The notes: a model not told the origin generated them from the letters alone. Shown: positions 18,871 through 29,552, counted from the first letter of the stretch. The stretch is DNA of 64,000 nucleotides from Candidatus Peregrinibacteria bacterium (GCA_003153355.1 PLYH01000001.1:76294-140293), one strand, 5' to 3'. Translations and numbers: made by a program.

Positions 18871-21141
18871 TCCCGAAAGACCAGAGTCATTTTTTTCGTC
18901 TTCGATTTTATTCACTTCAAGCACATTGCGGACCTGACGCAAACGTTTAAGGATTTTCTGATATTGCTCTTCATTCAAGACCTCAAGCACCATGTGACGG
19001 TGGATCAGGTTGTCGCGGCGTTCTTTCAGCGAAAAATCGATGATATTCACGTTAAAGCTTGCGATGCTCGAAGCAATATCGCGGATCAAACCCACGCGGT
19101 CAATGGCCTTTAAATCAACGGTAACTGGCATAAGTCTTTGGCGGTGAATCTGGTAACCCCAGCTCGCTTCAAGAGTTCGGGCAGGATCACCTTTGCTTAA
19201 AAATTTACAACTCTGAAGATGTATACGAATGGCATTGCCGCGCGTTACATATGCGACAATCGGTTCGCCAGATTTTGGCTTGCAGCAGGACGAAAGTTTA
19301 TAAGGAACTTTGGCGTCGCCTGCAATAAAAATTTCATCGGTTTTTTGTTCAGAAACAAAACTGCTCTTTTTAACAACATCTGATTCATCGGATCCGGATT
19401 TCTTTTTTGAAGAGCGTTCAGTGGTGGCAAAAATCTTTTTAAAAACCATCGGAACGTTCACGGCACCGTTGCCGATATCTTCAACCAAAGACCGGCGCTC
19501 TTTCAAAGAAAGTTTTTGATTGCCGTAGGCGCGGAAAAGCGAAAGGTTATCATCAAGCTGCGGCCGGCCCATACTCGTCAGATATTTATTCACAAGATCT
19601 CTTCCTTCCTGGTAACTTTGTTGCGGATCAAGACCTTTAAAATAACTTTTGATCTTGGCCCGGGCTTGAGATGATTTCACGAAAGAAAGCCAATGAGGTT
19701 TGGGATCAGGCTCGTTCCTGGTCAAAATTTCCACATGATCGCCGTTCTTAAGCTGGTAATCCAAAGGAACGATCGAACCGTTCACTTTCGCGCCCTGGCA
19801 GCGGTGGCCCATATCCGTGTGAACCGCATAAGCAAAATCCACGGGCGTTGAACCTTTGGGAAGATCTTTGACGTCTCCGTCCGGCGTAAACACAAACAGA
19901 TGATCCTGGAACATATCCAATTTCATTTTGCTGGCGACATCCTTGCCATGCGAAAGTTCACGTTGCAGGCTCACCAGTCCGTCCAGCCATTCCTGGTAGC
20001 GTTTATTTTTCATTTCCAGGAGTTCGGCCGTACTGGCATGCTTGGCGTCAATACGGGAAGAATTTCCACGGGTGTCTTCATACAGCCAGTGCGATGCGAA
20101 TCCGAACTCCGCCTGCTGGTGCATGGCGTCGGAACGGATCTGAATCTCAAAAGGCTGGCTGAAATTATGTTCGGCGTCGCCGATGAGCGTGGTGTGAATG
20201 CTGCGGTAGCCGTTCGGTTTAGGAACCGCAATATAATCTTTAAAACGGTCGGAAAGCGGAGTCCAGTGGCTGTGAATCAAACCAAGAAGCGTATAAAGCC
20301 GCTCGGTATTTTCAAGGCCGCTTTTATGATAACGGGTCGGAAGAATAATGCGGAAAGCGAAAATGTCGTAAATCTCATTCAAAGAAGCCTTACTCTTCTT
20401 TTTCATTTTACGGTAAATGCTATAAAGATTTTTTAAGCGTCCTTCCACCCGTCCGCGAATTTTTTGTTCTTCCAGGAAAGAGCTCAGTTCTTTTTTCACT
20501 TTATCTAAAAATTTCTCCTGCTTGCGGATGTATTCATCAAGCTGCGCCTGAAGATCTTCGTATTTATCGGGATATAAATATTTGAACGCCAGATCTTCCA
20601 GCCGGCACTTGGCGCTGTAAATACCCAGACGGGAAGCAATCGGAGCATAAACGTCGAGCATTTCGCGGGCCACCTCTTTACGGCGGGCTTGTGGGACAAA
20701 ATTCAACGATTCAAGGTCATGAAGCAAATCCGCCAACCGGATGAGCACAAGCCGCAAATCTTTGGCTAAAGACAAAAGCATTCTCCGGAAAGCTTCAAGA
20801 TCACTTTTGCCTCCCTTTAAGTGAATACTCTGAAGTTTTTCCATACCCGCGATCAGTGAAGCGACATCATCGCCGAATTGTAAACTGATCTCTTTGGGAT
20901 TGTAGGTATCGGTTTTGCAGACATCGTGCATCAAAGCCGCCAGAACGCTGTTTTCGTCAGGTTTGAAGGCTAAAAGATTATCCGTCACGATGAGCGCGTG
21001 AATAAGGGCCGGATCGCCCGAAAGACGGTAGACTCCGCGTAAATGCTGCTTCGCATATTCAAAACCGCGCTGGAGGCGCGCAACATCGGCATCAGGCTTA
21101 TAAGCCTGCATTTTCTCGATGAGCTGATCAATCGTGATCAT
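18862..21141 (-). CDS. relA: Long RelA/SpoT homolog (HD-SYNTH-TGS-ZFD-ACT)
   Basis: APIASRLG, GRLKNLYSIYRKM, KDYIAVPKPNGYRSIHT, EIQIR, TGS PVDFAYAVHT, CCKP, ACT DRVGLIRDI. Confidence 0.95.
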   Translation of the reverse strand: MITIDQLIEKMQAYKPDADVARLQRGFEYAKQHLRGVYRLSGDPALIHALIVTDNLLAFKPDENSVLAALMHDVCKTDTYNPKEISLQFGDDVASLIAGMEKLQSIHLKGGKSDLEAFRRMLLSLAKDLRLVLIRLADLLHDLESLNFVPQARRKEVAREMLDVYAPIASRLGIYSAKCRLEDLAFKYLYPDKYEDLQAQLDEYIRKQEKFLDKVKKELSSFLEEQKIRGRVEGRLKNLYSIYRKMKKKSKASLNEIYDIFAFRIILPTRYHKSGLENTERLYTLLGLIHSHWTPLSDRFKDYIAVPKPNGYRSIHTTLIGDAEHNFSQPFEIQIRSDAMHQQAEFGFASHWLYEDTRGNSSRIDAKHASTAELLEMKNKRYQEWLDGLVSLQRELSHGKDVASKMKLDMFQDHLFVFTPDGDVKDLPKGSTPVDFAYAVHTDMGHRCQGAKVNGSIVPLDYQLKNGDHVEILTRNEPDPKPHWLSFVKSSQARAKIKSYFKGLDPQQSYQEGRDLVNKYLTSMGRPQLDDNLSLFRAYGNQKLSLKERRSLVEDIGNGAVNVPMVFKKIFATTERSSKKKSGSDESDVVKKSSFVSEQKTDEIFIAGDAKVPYKLSSCCKPKSGEPIVAYVTRGNAIRIHLQSCKFLSKGDPARTLEASWGYQIHRQRLMPVTVDLKAIDRVGLIRDIASSIASFNVNIIDFSLKERRDNLIHRHMVLEVLNEEQYQKILKRLRQVRNVLEVNKIEDEKNDSGLSGLS

Positions 21142-21163
21142 AAAAATTCCTCAGGGATGAGTG

Positions 21164-21192
21164 ATTCTATCATTCCCTGCCGAATTTGGCAA
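21164..21192 (-). promoter_or_regulatory. Sigma70-type promoter of relA
   Basis: TTGCCA-17nt-TAGAAT with TG extension on minus strand. Confidence 0.7.
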
Positions 21193-21236
21193 CTTTTTCT
21201 TAAGCTGATCAGCTTTTAACCGTTTTACCCCAAATT

Positions 21237-23183
21237 TTACTGTGGCTGGAGAATAATATTCAAATTGGCGCCTGGAATGTTGACCACATGAATTCCCTGA
21301 ACCAGAGCCGCATGGTTTTGCTGAACGGACGTAAGACGGATCGCAACGTTCTGCATCGCCGAGGTAAAATACGTTAGCAAATTCTGGAGAGCATCAATGC
21401 GGGCTTTAATGGCAACCTGTTTCTGAGCAGAATCAACATAACTCTTCAGCAGAAAATCGGCTTTCTGCCCCGCCAGCCCTTTGAGTGCAGTGAAAAAGTC
21501 ACTTTGAAACTGTGTGGTATCCGGACTTAAACTGTCGTAAGAAACTTTCGCGTCATCAATTTCAGTATTGATCTTGGCAACATCGGCAGTACTTTTATCA
21601 GTAATAGTTTTCAGCTCGGTAACATAGTTATCCAAAGCTTGTTCGCGCTGAGTGGTTTGATTAAGCATCGCATAAACGTCAACGTCGTAAGAACTCACCA
21701 GCTGGCGTAAATCATTCACAAAACCGATGAATTCATCGGTTTGAGCCACCAGATCGGCTCCGGTTCCGTAATAATATGAAGCAGTGATGCCAGTTTCACC
21801 CTGAACCTGCGGTTCACCGAGGGTGCCGAAATAATAAGAATTCGTAATCTGGTCACCCAAAAGATCGTGAGAACTTCCTCGGTTATCTCCAAAAATATAC
21901 GCCGTGGTAATCCCCCATTCATTTAAAAGTTCATTATCAAGCTGGGCCTGAACAGGCGCCGGCGTCTTGAAAAATCCAGCGACATAATCGTAAATTTTTC
22001 CGTGAATATTAAAAAGATAACCCGTATAAAGAAGGCCGCCGATAACGACAAAAACGATAAAAATTCCCAGTTTTTTAACATTAAATTTTAAACGGAAATT
22101 GTGGAAAGCCGCGCCGATGGATTTAAGTACTCCTGCAGAAAAAGCGCCTGCGCTTTGCAGAAAAGATTTCCGAGTATTGAGCCCTTCCGATTCTGAAAGA
22201 TTTTCTTTGGAAGCTTCATGCTGCTCTTGAGTCTTTTGAACATCTTCTTCAAGAGGTTTGCGGGGCTGGCGGATAGGTTCGATCTCTTCTGGTTCTTCAT
22301 GAACCATTTGGCCTTCTTCGAATTTTTCAGGTGGAAAAATTGAAGGAACTTCTCCTGGAATCACTTCATCGTGCAGTGGATTCACCTCATGAACTTCGCG
22401 CATGTCCACATGCGGACGCGCCTCTTCGTGCTGATCGCGAATAATAATATCTTCATCCTGCTGATTTTGACGAAACTCCTGTGCTTGCTCATGCTGTTCT
22501 TCAGGCTGATTCTCTTGTTGTGAGGGCTGCTCCGGTTCCGGTTCAGGGGAAGGCGGACTTGGCTGAGGTTCAACTGGTTCAGGTACAGCCGGCTCAATGA
22601 GCGGACCTGTAAAGCTATGCGTTTGATGAGTCATCGGGTGATCTTCTTGCTGCTCAGGTTCAAGAACCGATTCTTCCGGCGGCTGCTGATTTTCCTCATG
22701 AACGATTTCAGATTCGGGAAGCTCACGTTCAGGTTCAGCCTGAGGAACAATGTCTTTGGATCTTGAAGTATGTTCTTCAGAACGCTGGGCACCCAAATGT
22801 TCTTCCGAAACATTCTCTTTCGGAGCTGGACGCGGTTTTCGCTTTCTTGGAGCTTTTTTGGGTCCGGCAGGCAACTCTGTTTTTTTCTGCTCGGGACGAA
22901 CCTCCAATTTTTGCTGAGGCTGAACTTCCGGCTGCTTTTGCGGTTCCGGTTTAGGTTCAGAAGGAGCCGCTGCATCGGATTTAGGAAGATCGCCCTGCTG
23001 TTGCAAAGTTTCACGTTCCAAGCGTTTCAGTTCCGCCTTCTTGCGGCGGCGGCGGCGGCGGCGCTCCCGCTCTTTGGCTGCCCGGTCGAGCTTTTTCTGG
23101 TCAACAACATCCGATTTGACCTCATTTGACGGGTCAATCGGTTGCTGATTTCCCTGATTTTGAGATGCATCTCCGTCAGCCAT
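21237..23183 (-). CDS. 648-aa membrane protein: disordered Glu/Pro/Gln-rich N-terminus with poly-Arg, single TM, C-terminal helical/coiled-coil region
   Basis: Long ORF; RERRRRRRRKK; TM LGIFIVFVVIGGLLYTGYLF; heptad-like C-terminus. Confidence 0.85.
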   Translation of the reverse strand: MADGDASQNQGNQQPIDPSNEVKSDVVDQKKLDRAAKERERRRRRRRKKAELKRLERETLQQQGDLPKSDAAAPSEPKPEPQKQPEVQPQQKLEVRPEQKKTELPAGPKKAPRKRKPRPAPKENVSEEHLGAQRSEEHTSRSKDIVPQAEPERELPESEIVHEENQQPPEESVLEPEQQEDHPMTHQTHSFTGPLIEPAVPEPVEPQPSPPSPEPEPEQPSQQENQPEEQHEQAQEFRQNQQDEDIIIRDQHEEARPHVDMREVHEVNPLHDEVIPGEVPSIFPPEKFEEGQMVHEEPEEIEPIRQPRKPLEEDVQKTQEQHEASKENLSESEGLNTRKSFLQSAGAFSAGVLKSIGAAFHNFRLKFNVKKLGIFIVFVVIGGLLYTGYLFNIHGKIYDYVAGFFKTPAPVQAQLDNELLNEWGITTAYIFGDNRGSSHDLLGDQITNSYYFGTLGEPQVQGETGITASYYYGTGADLVAQTDEFIGFVNDLRQLVSSYDVDVYAMLNQTTQREQALDNYVTELKTITDKSTADVAKINTEIDDAKVSYDSLSPDTTQFQSDFFTALKGLAGQKADFLLKSYVDSAQKQVAIKARIDALQNLLTYFTSAMQNVAIRLTSVQQNHAALVQGIHVVNIPGANLNIILQPQ

Positions 23184-23219
23184 AGCAAAAATCCATAGAA
23201 TCCTTATATTTTAGCACAA

Positions 23220-23245
23220 AAAGCCCCGTTTGAAAACGGGGCTTT
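23220..23245 (-). terminator. Intrinsic terminator
   Basis: AAAGCCCCGTTT-GA-AAACGGGGCTTT with upstream A-run (U-tract on minus strand). Confidence 0.8.
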
Positions 23246-23309
23246 GACCCTATTTAACTATAATTTTTAATTATTTTTTAAATATTTTAGATATCTAAAA
23301 AGACTTTAC

Positions 23310-24784
23310 TTATTGAGTAACCTCAAAAGAATTAATAAATTTTGAATAATTAGCACTATTTTCATTTCCAAAGCCTTCCATCAAAACATAAATCGTTTGG
23401 CCAACAAGTATAGCTCGTCCATAAAAAGATATGTTATCTATTGGATCATTCGTTTTAAAATCCAGCGCATTGTTTGAACCGTAATAAGTTGGAGTGGAAG
23501 ATGTTAACTTCAAATTTTTCATCCCATCCACAAATGCTCCAACAAACCCATCGAGTAATTTATTTGGATCTGTAATGACACCAACCGTTGAAATTGGATA
23601 TGTCGCTGTAGTTACTCCATATTCTGATCCATTAGGTTCTTTACTCGCATATGTTTCGTAATTTACACTTAACGACGTATTTGGGACTGGTGATGAACCA
23701 GAACTATATTGCGGTTGGCTTGGAAATTGAACTGTAAAATGAGATGTTGCGGATGTAAAGGTTATCCAAGTGGATGCTTGAATAAATGCAATAATTAATA
23801 TTGCACTAATAATAACTCCTATAATTATAGCGATGACTTTAGTAACATTATTTTTTATTTCTTCTTTTGGAATAATATGCTGGTCTTGAGCTTTTAACTC
23901 TTGGTATTTTGATATTTTATAAATAACGACTGATGTAATAATTAAGTTAATCAATAAAAAAATAAAGTTACTGGGTTAGTTGATGTACTACCATATTGAT
24001 TATTTTGGCCATAACTATAAGAAGAGATCACCGCAATTATCCATACAGCCCACCATAATTTTACAATCCCGACGGAGCTAGTTTTAGTACCTATTTTCTG
24101 GCTCCCAAGCCAAATTTCTTTCATATTTTTATATGGTGCAAAAAGAGAAATGATCGGAATAAAATTGTCAGCAATTACCCATCCTGGTGTCGTTTTAGTT
24201 TTTAAATTAAATGCATAAAGATTACGATAACTCGTTGTTAACCAGATAAGATACGCAATTAAAATTACAAAAAAACCCAATAAACCTAAAAAATTAACAA
24301 TGGTTATAAATAAATAAAATGATGTTATTGAATTCGATAATATTAAGGGTGTAAATATCGATGTAACAGCAAAAAGTCCAACTAAAATTACTGAGAATAT
24401 ATAAATTGTGGCTAGATTCTTAGTTGATTTAAATTTAACATTTGCAATGAATTTCGAAGGTTCATTTGTTTTAACTTCTATATAGTTATTTGATTCTTTT
24501 TGGCTTGTTTGAGAAGAAATATTTCCTATAGATTGAGATTTCTTTTTCGGACTGAATTTACCTAAAACTATGTAATAAAATGATCCTCTTGTTATCCACG
24601 CAAGTAATCCCACAATTATTACTCCCCACAAAAAAGCACCTGTTTTACTTTCGCCATATGAAGCGTAAGTTATGAGAAGTACCAATCCTATAGCTAAAAC
24701 TAGAGCTCCAATATAAACAACTTTTAAAAAACGAAACCATGGTTTTTGTTCAAGCTCACTAATTGTTTTGATTTTCTTAGACAT
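23310..24784 (-). pseudogene. AT-rich DUF4328-like membrane protein gene split by a frameshift (ORFs 23951-24784 and 23310-23954)
   Basis: WL..SYRNL, PGW...FIPIISLFAPY..MKEIW and WW.VW motifs; one extra T in the T7 tract at 23956-23962 fuses both ORFs into ~491 aa. Confidence 0.6.
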
Positions 24785-24885
24785 ATATATGGAAGATTTA
24801 TATATTTACCATTATTTTTATATTATAATATAATATAAAATCTTATTTTAGACAACTATTCTCCGCCTATATCAAATTAATTTAT

Positions 24886-24912
24886 AAAAAGCCCCATTAT
24901 ATGGGGCTTTTT
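24886..24912. terminator. Bidirectional intrinsic terminator
   Basis: AAAAAGCCCCAT-TAT-ATGGGGCTTTTT perfect inverted repeat. Confidence 0.85.
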
Positions 24913-24943
24913 ATTCTTTATTACAAATCTCTAAGTCTCAATC

Positions 24944-25609
24944 TTAACTCAGTGAAAAGGAACTTATACCTGGAGCACCAAGACCTAACATGGTCAAAAT
25001 ATAACCAATTACAATTGCCAAGACTGCTGCAACCAATAAAGTTAAAACTGCATTAGTTGAGCTCAATTTATGAATTTCAGTCAAAGTATTATAAAGTATC
25101 ACAAGTAACCAAACACCAACAATCAAACTTAAAAAAGGAATTATTGTAAAAAATTCAACAACTCGAAGCAAAGACGCATAACCAAGCACACGGAAAAATT
25201 GTGGAAATTTACCAGATCCTTTAAACATTGATTCAGCTACCCAGTTTGTAAGAAAAAGCCCAATTACTCCCAAAACAGCTGCAACAACTCCACCTATAAG
25301 AGAACTAACAAAACCAATACGTATAAGACCTACGATCGGAAGTGGAATGCCAAAAACTGCCGGTCCTAAACTCGCCACAATCGTACCAACAGCAAAATAT
25401 ACTAAAGCTAAGCTGATACCTTCTGAATCGCGACCGGCCACTTTGGCCATAACCGCCTTGTTGAGTTTAAGAATTTCAATAATGTCTCCGAATCCACCCT
25501 TCAAGTTGCCTACATTAACGTTTTTCATATCAACCTTTGGGATTTCAGGCATACTGTTATGAGCAGGTTTGTGATCAGTCTGATGATCGGAATGATGTTC
25601 ATCCATCAT
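24944..25609 (-). CDS. Yip1-family-like membrane protein
   Basis: About 5 TM with FKGSGKF..FFRVLGYA and H.LS pattern; start moved to MMDEHH. Confidence 0.7.
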   Translation of the reverse strand: MMDEHHSDHQTDHKPAHNSMPEIPKVDMKNVNVGNLKGGFGDIIEILKLNKAVMAKVAGRDSEGISLALVYFAVGTIVASLGPAVFGIPLPIVGLIRIGFVSSLIGGVVAAVLGVIGLFLTNWVAESMFKGSGKFPQFFRVLGYASLLRVVEFFTIIPFLSLIVGVWLLVILYNTLTEIHKLSSTNAVLTLLVAAVLAIVIGYILTMLGLGAPGISSFSLS

Positions 25610-25828
25610 ATGGAGGGAGAAAATTAAGGAGTAGAACAAGCCGTATTGTAAAGAAAAAACTTTCAAAATGCAACGTGGCTACAAATAAAAAGGAGCATGA
25701 CCGTAAATCAAAACATAAAAACAACATTCTATCAAATCAAAGTGGCCGTAAAAAGTTCCGCAAGGCTCAGAACTTCGCTACAATTCCACTCTGGATTTTT
25801 ACTTATTTATTCTTATCTCTTTTCCTTT

Positions 25829-27898
25829 ATGCAGGTACCTCTTCTGGCGATTGGCATAAGCATTTTTGCCTTACTGTATGCCGTTATACTCATTGTGAGC
25901 ATTCTTAAACGATCAAGCGGTGATGAAAAAATGCAGGGAATCGCCAAATCAATCCAGGAAGGAGCCATGGCATATTTGAATCGCCAATCGTTGACCATCA
26001 TCGTTATCGCGACGATTATTTTTGTGGCGATGGCGTTCATTCTTCCGCAAGGCCAGCATAATGACAATATACTTACTGCTGTCGGTTTTGCTGTCGGCGC
26101 ATTCTTTTCCGCTCTGGCAGGATATATTGGTATGAACGTATCCGTACGCGCAAACGTCCGCACGGCTGAAGCCGCTAAAAACTCTTTGCAGGATGCATTG
26201 TCCGTTGCTTTTAAGGGAGGCACTGTGACGGGTCTTGCCGTCGTAGGTTTAGCTTTGTTGGGCGTAAGCGGATTCTATTATATTTTCACAAACACTTTAG
26301 GTATTCCCGTGAATGAAGTCCCGAAACTTTTGATCGGCTTCGGTTTTGGAGCATCGCTCGTTTCTTTGTTTGCACGTATCGGCGGAGGAATTTTCACAAA
26401 GGCAGCCGACGTAGGCGCTGACATCGTAGGAAAAGTTGAAAAAAATATTCCGGAAGACGATCCAAGAAATCCTGCGGTTATTGCCGATAACGTGGGTGAT
26501 AACGTCGGCGACTGCGCAGGTATGGGCGCTGATCTTTTTGAAACCTACGCGGTCACGCTGATTGCGGCGATGATTCTTGCTGCTTCAACCTTAATGGAAA
26601 AAATCGGCGCAAAAGGGGTCGAATATCCGCTGGCGCTCGGCTCTGCAGCGGTGATCACTTCTGTCATCGGTACCTTCTTTGTTAAACTCGGAAAAAAGAA
26701 AAATATTATGGGCGCAATGTACAAAGGCATGTTGGTAACAGGTTTGCTTGCCGCAGTTGTATTTTACTTTATCAATCAATCTTTCATCGGCGACATCAAC
26801 ATTTATTTCGCCGCACTGGTTGGTTTAGGCGTTACATTTTTCATCACTCTTATTACTGAATACTACACTTCCACCGCTTACAGTCCGGTGAAAAAAATTG
26901 CCGAATCTTCACAAACAGGCGCGGGCACGAATGTGATCACCGGCCTTGCAGTCGGATTACAAAGTACAGCAGCTCCTGTCGTATTGGTTGTCGTGGCGAT
27001 TGGACTTGCGTATTACTTCGGTCAAAATTCAGTCTTACAAAACGGTGTATACGGGATAGCGATTGCAGCTGTTGCCATGCTTTCAACGACAGGAATGGTC
27101 ATTGCAACTGACTCGTATGGTCCTATCACCGATAACGCCGGAGGAATTGCTGAAATGGCGGGACTCCCTGAGAAAGTCCGCAAAAATACCGATGCATTGG
27201 ACGCTGTCGGCAACACCACCAAAGCGGTAACAAAAGGTTATGCGATTGCTTCAGCCGCTCTTGCCGCCCTTGTACTGTTCCAGGCTTACACTGAAGAACT
27301 TTCAGCACATGCACCAACCGTGAAATTTGATTTCACGATCACCGATCCGAAAGTATTGGTCGGTTTATTCATCGGAGGACTCTTACCATTCCTGTTCGCG
27401 GCTTCATTAATGGAAGCTGTAGGAAAAACTGCTTATAAAGTTGTTGAAGAAGTACGCCGCCAGTTCAAAGAGATCAAAGGCATCATGAGCGGCAAAGAAA
27501 AACCAGACTACGCCCGCTGCGTGGACATTGTGACCAAAGCCGCCCTTGCCCAGATGGTTTTCCCGGCGGTCATGGCAGTCGTTGTAACGATCCTCACCGG
27601 ATATATTCTCGGGCCTTTGGCTCTTGGAGGTCTTCTTGGTGGAATTATCGTCTCCGGCTTCTTACTCGCACTGATGATGTGCACGGGAGGCGGCGCATGG
27701 GATAACGGCAAAAAATATATCGAGTCCGGACATTTCGGAGGCAAAGGTTCGGATGCCCACAAAGCAGCCGTGGTGGGAGATACTGTCGGTGATCCGTTCA
27801 AGGACACAGCAGGTCCTGCTATTAACTCACTCATTAAAGTCGTCAACACCATAGCGCTTATCATGGCTCCGCTCCTGGCAGCCATGCTCATGAAATAA
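25829..27898 (+). CDS. hppA: Membrane-bound ion-translocating pyrophosphatase (predicted K+-independent H+-PPase)
   Basis: [50 protein letters not shown]; start moved to MQVPLL. Confidence 0.97.
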   Translation: MQVPLLAIGISIFALLYAVILIVSILKRSSGDEKMQGIAKSIQEGAMAYLNRQSLTIIVIATIIFVAMAFILPQGQHNDNILTAVGFAVGAFFSALAGYIGMNVSVRANVRTAEAAKNSLQDALSVAFKGGTVTGLAVVGLALLGVSGFYYIFTNTLGIPVNEVPKLLIGFGFGASLVSLFARIGGGIFTKAADVGADIVGKVEKNIPEDDPRNPAVIADNVGDNVGDCAGMGADLFETYAVTLIAAMILAASTLMEKIGAKGVEYPLALGSAAVITSVIGTFFVKLGKKKNIMGAMYKGMLVTGLLAAVVFYFINQSFIGDINIYFAALVGLGVTFFITLITEYYTSTAYSPVKKIAESSQTGAGTNVITGLAVGLQSTAAPVVLVVVAIGLAYYFGQNSVLQNGVYGIAIAAVAMLSTTGMVIATDSYGPITDNAGGIAEMAGLPEKVRKNTDALDAVGNTTKAVTKGYAIASAALAALVLFQAYTEELSAHAPTVKFDFTITDPKVLVGLFIGGLLPFLFAASLMEAVGKTAYKVVEEVRRQFKEIKGIMSGKEKPDYARCVDIVTKAALAQMVFPAVMAVVVTILTGYILGPLALGGLLGGIIVSGFLLALMMCTGGGAWDNGKKYIESGHFGGKGSDAHKAAVVGDTVGDPFKDTAGPAINSLIKVVNTIALIMAPLLAAMLMK

Positions 27899-27905
27899 TA
27901 AAAAT

Positions 27906-27940
27906 AAAAGGGCGGCTCTTTCTTACCAGGCCGCCCTTTT
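27906..27940 (+). terminator. Intrinsic terminator after hppA
   Basis: AAAAGGGCGGC...GCCGCCCTTTT. Confidence 0.8.
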
Positions 27941-27979
27941 AAAACTCCTCATCGCATATCCTTCCCTCAAAAACTTCCA

Positions 27980-28261
27980 GTGGAAAACTTTACCAACAAC
28001 CAGCCCCTCTCACGCGTGGAAGCCGTCGTCGCATCCATGAATGACAGCGTTGTTGAACTCCAGATCGCAGGCAGTTACGAAACTTTCCAGTGGCCGCGCA
28101 ATCTGCTCAGCAATGCCATCGCGGTCGGCGAAAAAATCCTGCTTGAACTCAAAAACCATCCACTGACATCCATTCAAAAAACCGTGGAAAAAGCAAAAAA
28201 CTCCCAGGAAAATAAAAATACGGATCAACAGCGCAAACTGCTGGAAAGTCTGATTAATTAA
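27980..28261 (+). CDS. Small hypothetical protein (possible DUF3006-like)
   Basis: 93-aa ORF with GTG start, WPRNLL...GE motif, 12 nt from next gene. Confidence 0.6.
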   Translation: MENFTNNQPLSRVEAVVASMNDSVVELQIAGSYETFQWPRNLLSNAIAVGEKILLELKNHPLTSIQKTVEKAKNSQENKNTDQQRKLLESLIN

Positions 28262-28273
28262 CCCGAAAGGAAA

Positions 28274-28822
28274 ATGATTCAATACGCGGCTTTTTTGCGC
28301 GGGATTAATGTTGGAGGAAATGTGCTCATCAAAATGGAAGATCTCCGGAAAACTTTGGAATCCATCAAACTCAAAAACGTCAAAACCATTCTTGCAAGCG
28401 GGAATGTGGTCTTTGAAGCGACGGAAACAAATCCGGAAACTCTCACAAAAACCATCGAACAAAAACTGGCGAAAACTTTCGGGCGTCACATCGGGGTCAT
28501 TCTCAGGACGATGGATGAAATCATCGCACTCATCGACGCAAACCCGTTCAAAAGCATTAACGTCACGAAGGATACCAGACTCTACATAACTTTCTTGAAA
28601 GAAAAACCCTCAAAAAATGCCGGCCTGAAAATTCCTTACGAATCTCCCCAAAAAAATTTCCGGATTCTCGAGATGACGAATAACTCCCTGGTAAGCGTTC
28701 TGACACTTTTACCGAATATCGGTACGGTAGATGCCATGAACATCATCGAAAAAACCTACGGCAAAAAAGTCACCACCAGAAACTGGAACACCATTCAAAA
28801 AATTGCGACCAAAAAGAATTAG
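28274..28822 (+). CDS. DUF1697 family protein
   Basis: YAAFLRGINVGG, SGNVVF, TTRNWNT signatures. Confidence 0.9.
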   Translation: MIQYAAFLRGINVGGNVLIKMEDLRKTLESIKLKNVKTILASGNVVFEATETNPETLTKTIEQKLAKTFGRHIGVILRTMDEIIALIDANPFKSINVTKDTRLYITFLKEKPSKNAGLKIPYESPQKNFRILEMTNNSLVSVLTLLPNIGTVDAMNIIEKTYGKKVTTRNWNTIQKIATKKN

Positions 28823-29463
28823 CCGAGATTCATCTTTTTTCTGGTATCAGAAACAATTGCTTCGGAGTCTTGTTCTGGCTCAAAAACCCTTTTGCCTTTC
28901 TGGATTTTAAAATAACCTCCTTCTCCATAGAGAGATTGCCAGCGGGCTTGTTCCGCTCTTTTTTGTTCCAATTGATCAGCGGTTGCTTTCGGATTATGCT
29001 CGAGTTCTTCAAGTTCTTCGAGATTTTCATTGTGAACGACCCACGTTATTTTTTGTTTGAGTCTGTTCGCAAACCACTGAAGGGTACCGACAAAAGCTTC
29101 GTCGGTAGGTTTTGCATAACCTTTCCCTTTTTCCTTCACGATAATTTTTGAACGCGCTTCAAGCCCGGTCATCATTTTTGTTAACGGAACGGTTCTTAAC
29201 GCCACCGTGTCACCCTTTTCATTGTTTACAAAAACGTAACAGTAAACGCCGTTTACAAACTCTTCTGTCGGCGAATACAGAAACCCCTCACTTCCAAATA
29301 AATTCTTAAAATAAAAAAACTTAGTTTCACAAATTATTTTCTCGCCCTGGTTTGTTAAAAACTCAAAACGGGGGCCGTCATGTAATAAATCGACGGGGAT
29401 CTTTTCCAGTCTTTTTTCACTTTTTGTAAGGGCATCCTGCCATTCTTTGTCCTCACTGAGCAT
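28819..29463 (-). CDS. Hypothetical protein
   Basis: 214-aa ORF with upstream TGtTATAAT on minus strand. Confidence 0.7.
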   Translation of the reverse strand: MLSEDKEWQDALTKSEKRLEKIPVDLLHDGPRFEFLTNQGEKIICETKFFYFKNLFGSEGFLYSPTEEFVNGVYCYVFVNNEKGDTVALRTVPLTKMMTGLEARSKIIVKEKGKGYAKPTDEAFVGTLQWFANRLKQKITWVVHNENLEELEELEHNPKATADQLEQKRAEQARWQSLYGEGGYFKIQKGKRVFEPEQDSEAIVSDTRKKMNLG

Positions 29464-29497
29464 AAATTTGCCATCAAATGTTTCTCAACATTATAAC

Positions 29498-29530
29498 AAA
29501 AAAAGCCCTGACTTGGAAGCCAGGGCTTTT
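29498..29530 (-). terminator. Intrinsic terminator after rplY
   Basis: AAAAGCCCTG-10nt-CAGGGCTTTT with 7-A run. Confidence 0.8.
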
Positions 29531-29552
29531 GATTTACGTTTAAAACATGAGC

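Noticed and set aside
23043-23063. (CGC)7 microsatellite as a phase-variation switch
   Set aside because: Trinucleotide unit; length change would not shift the frame.
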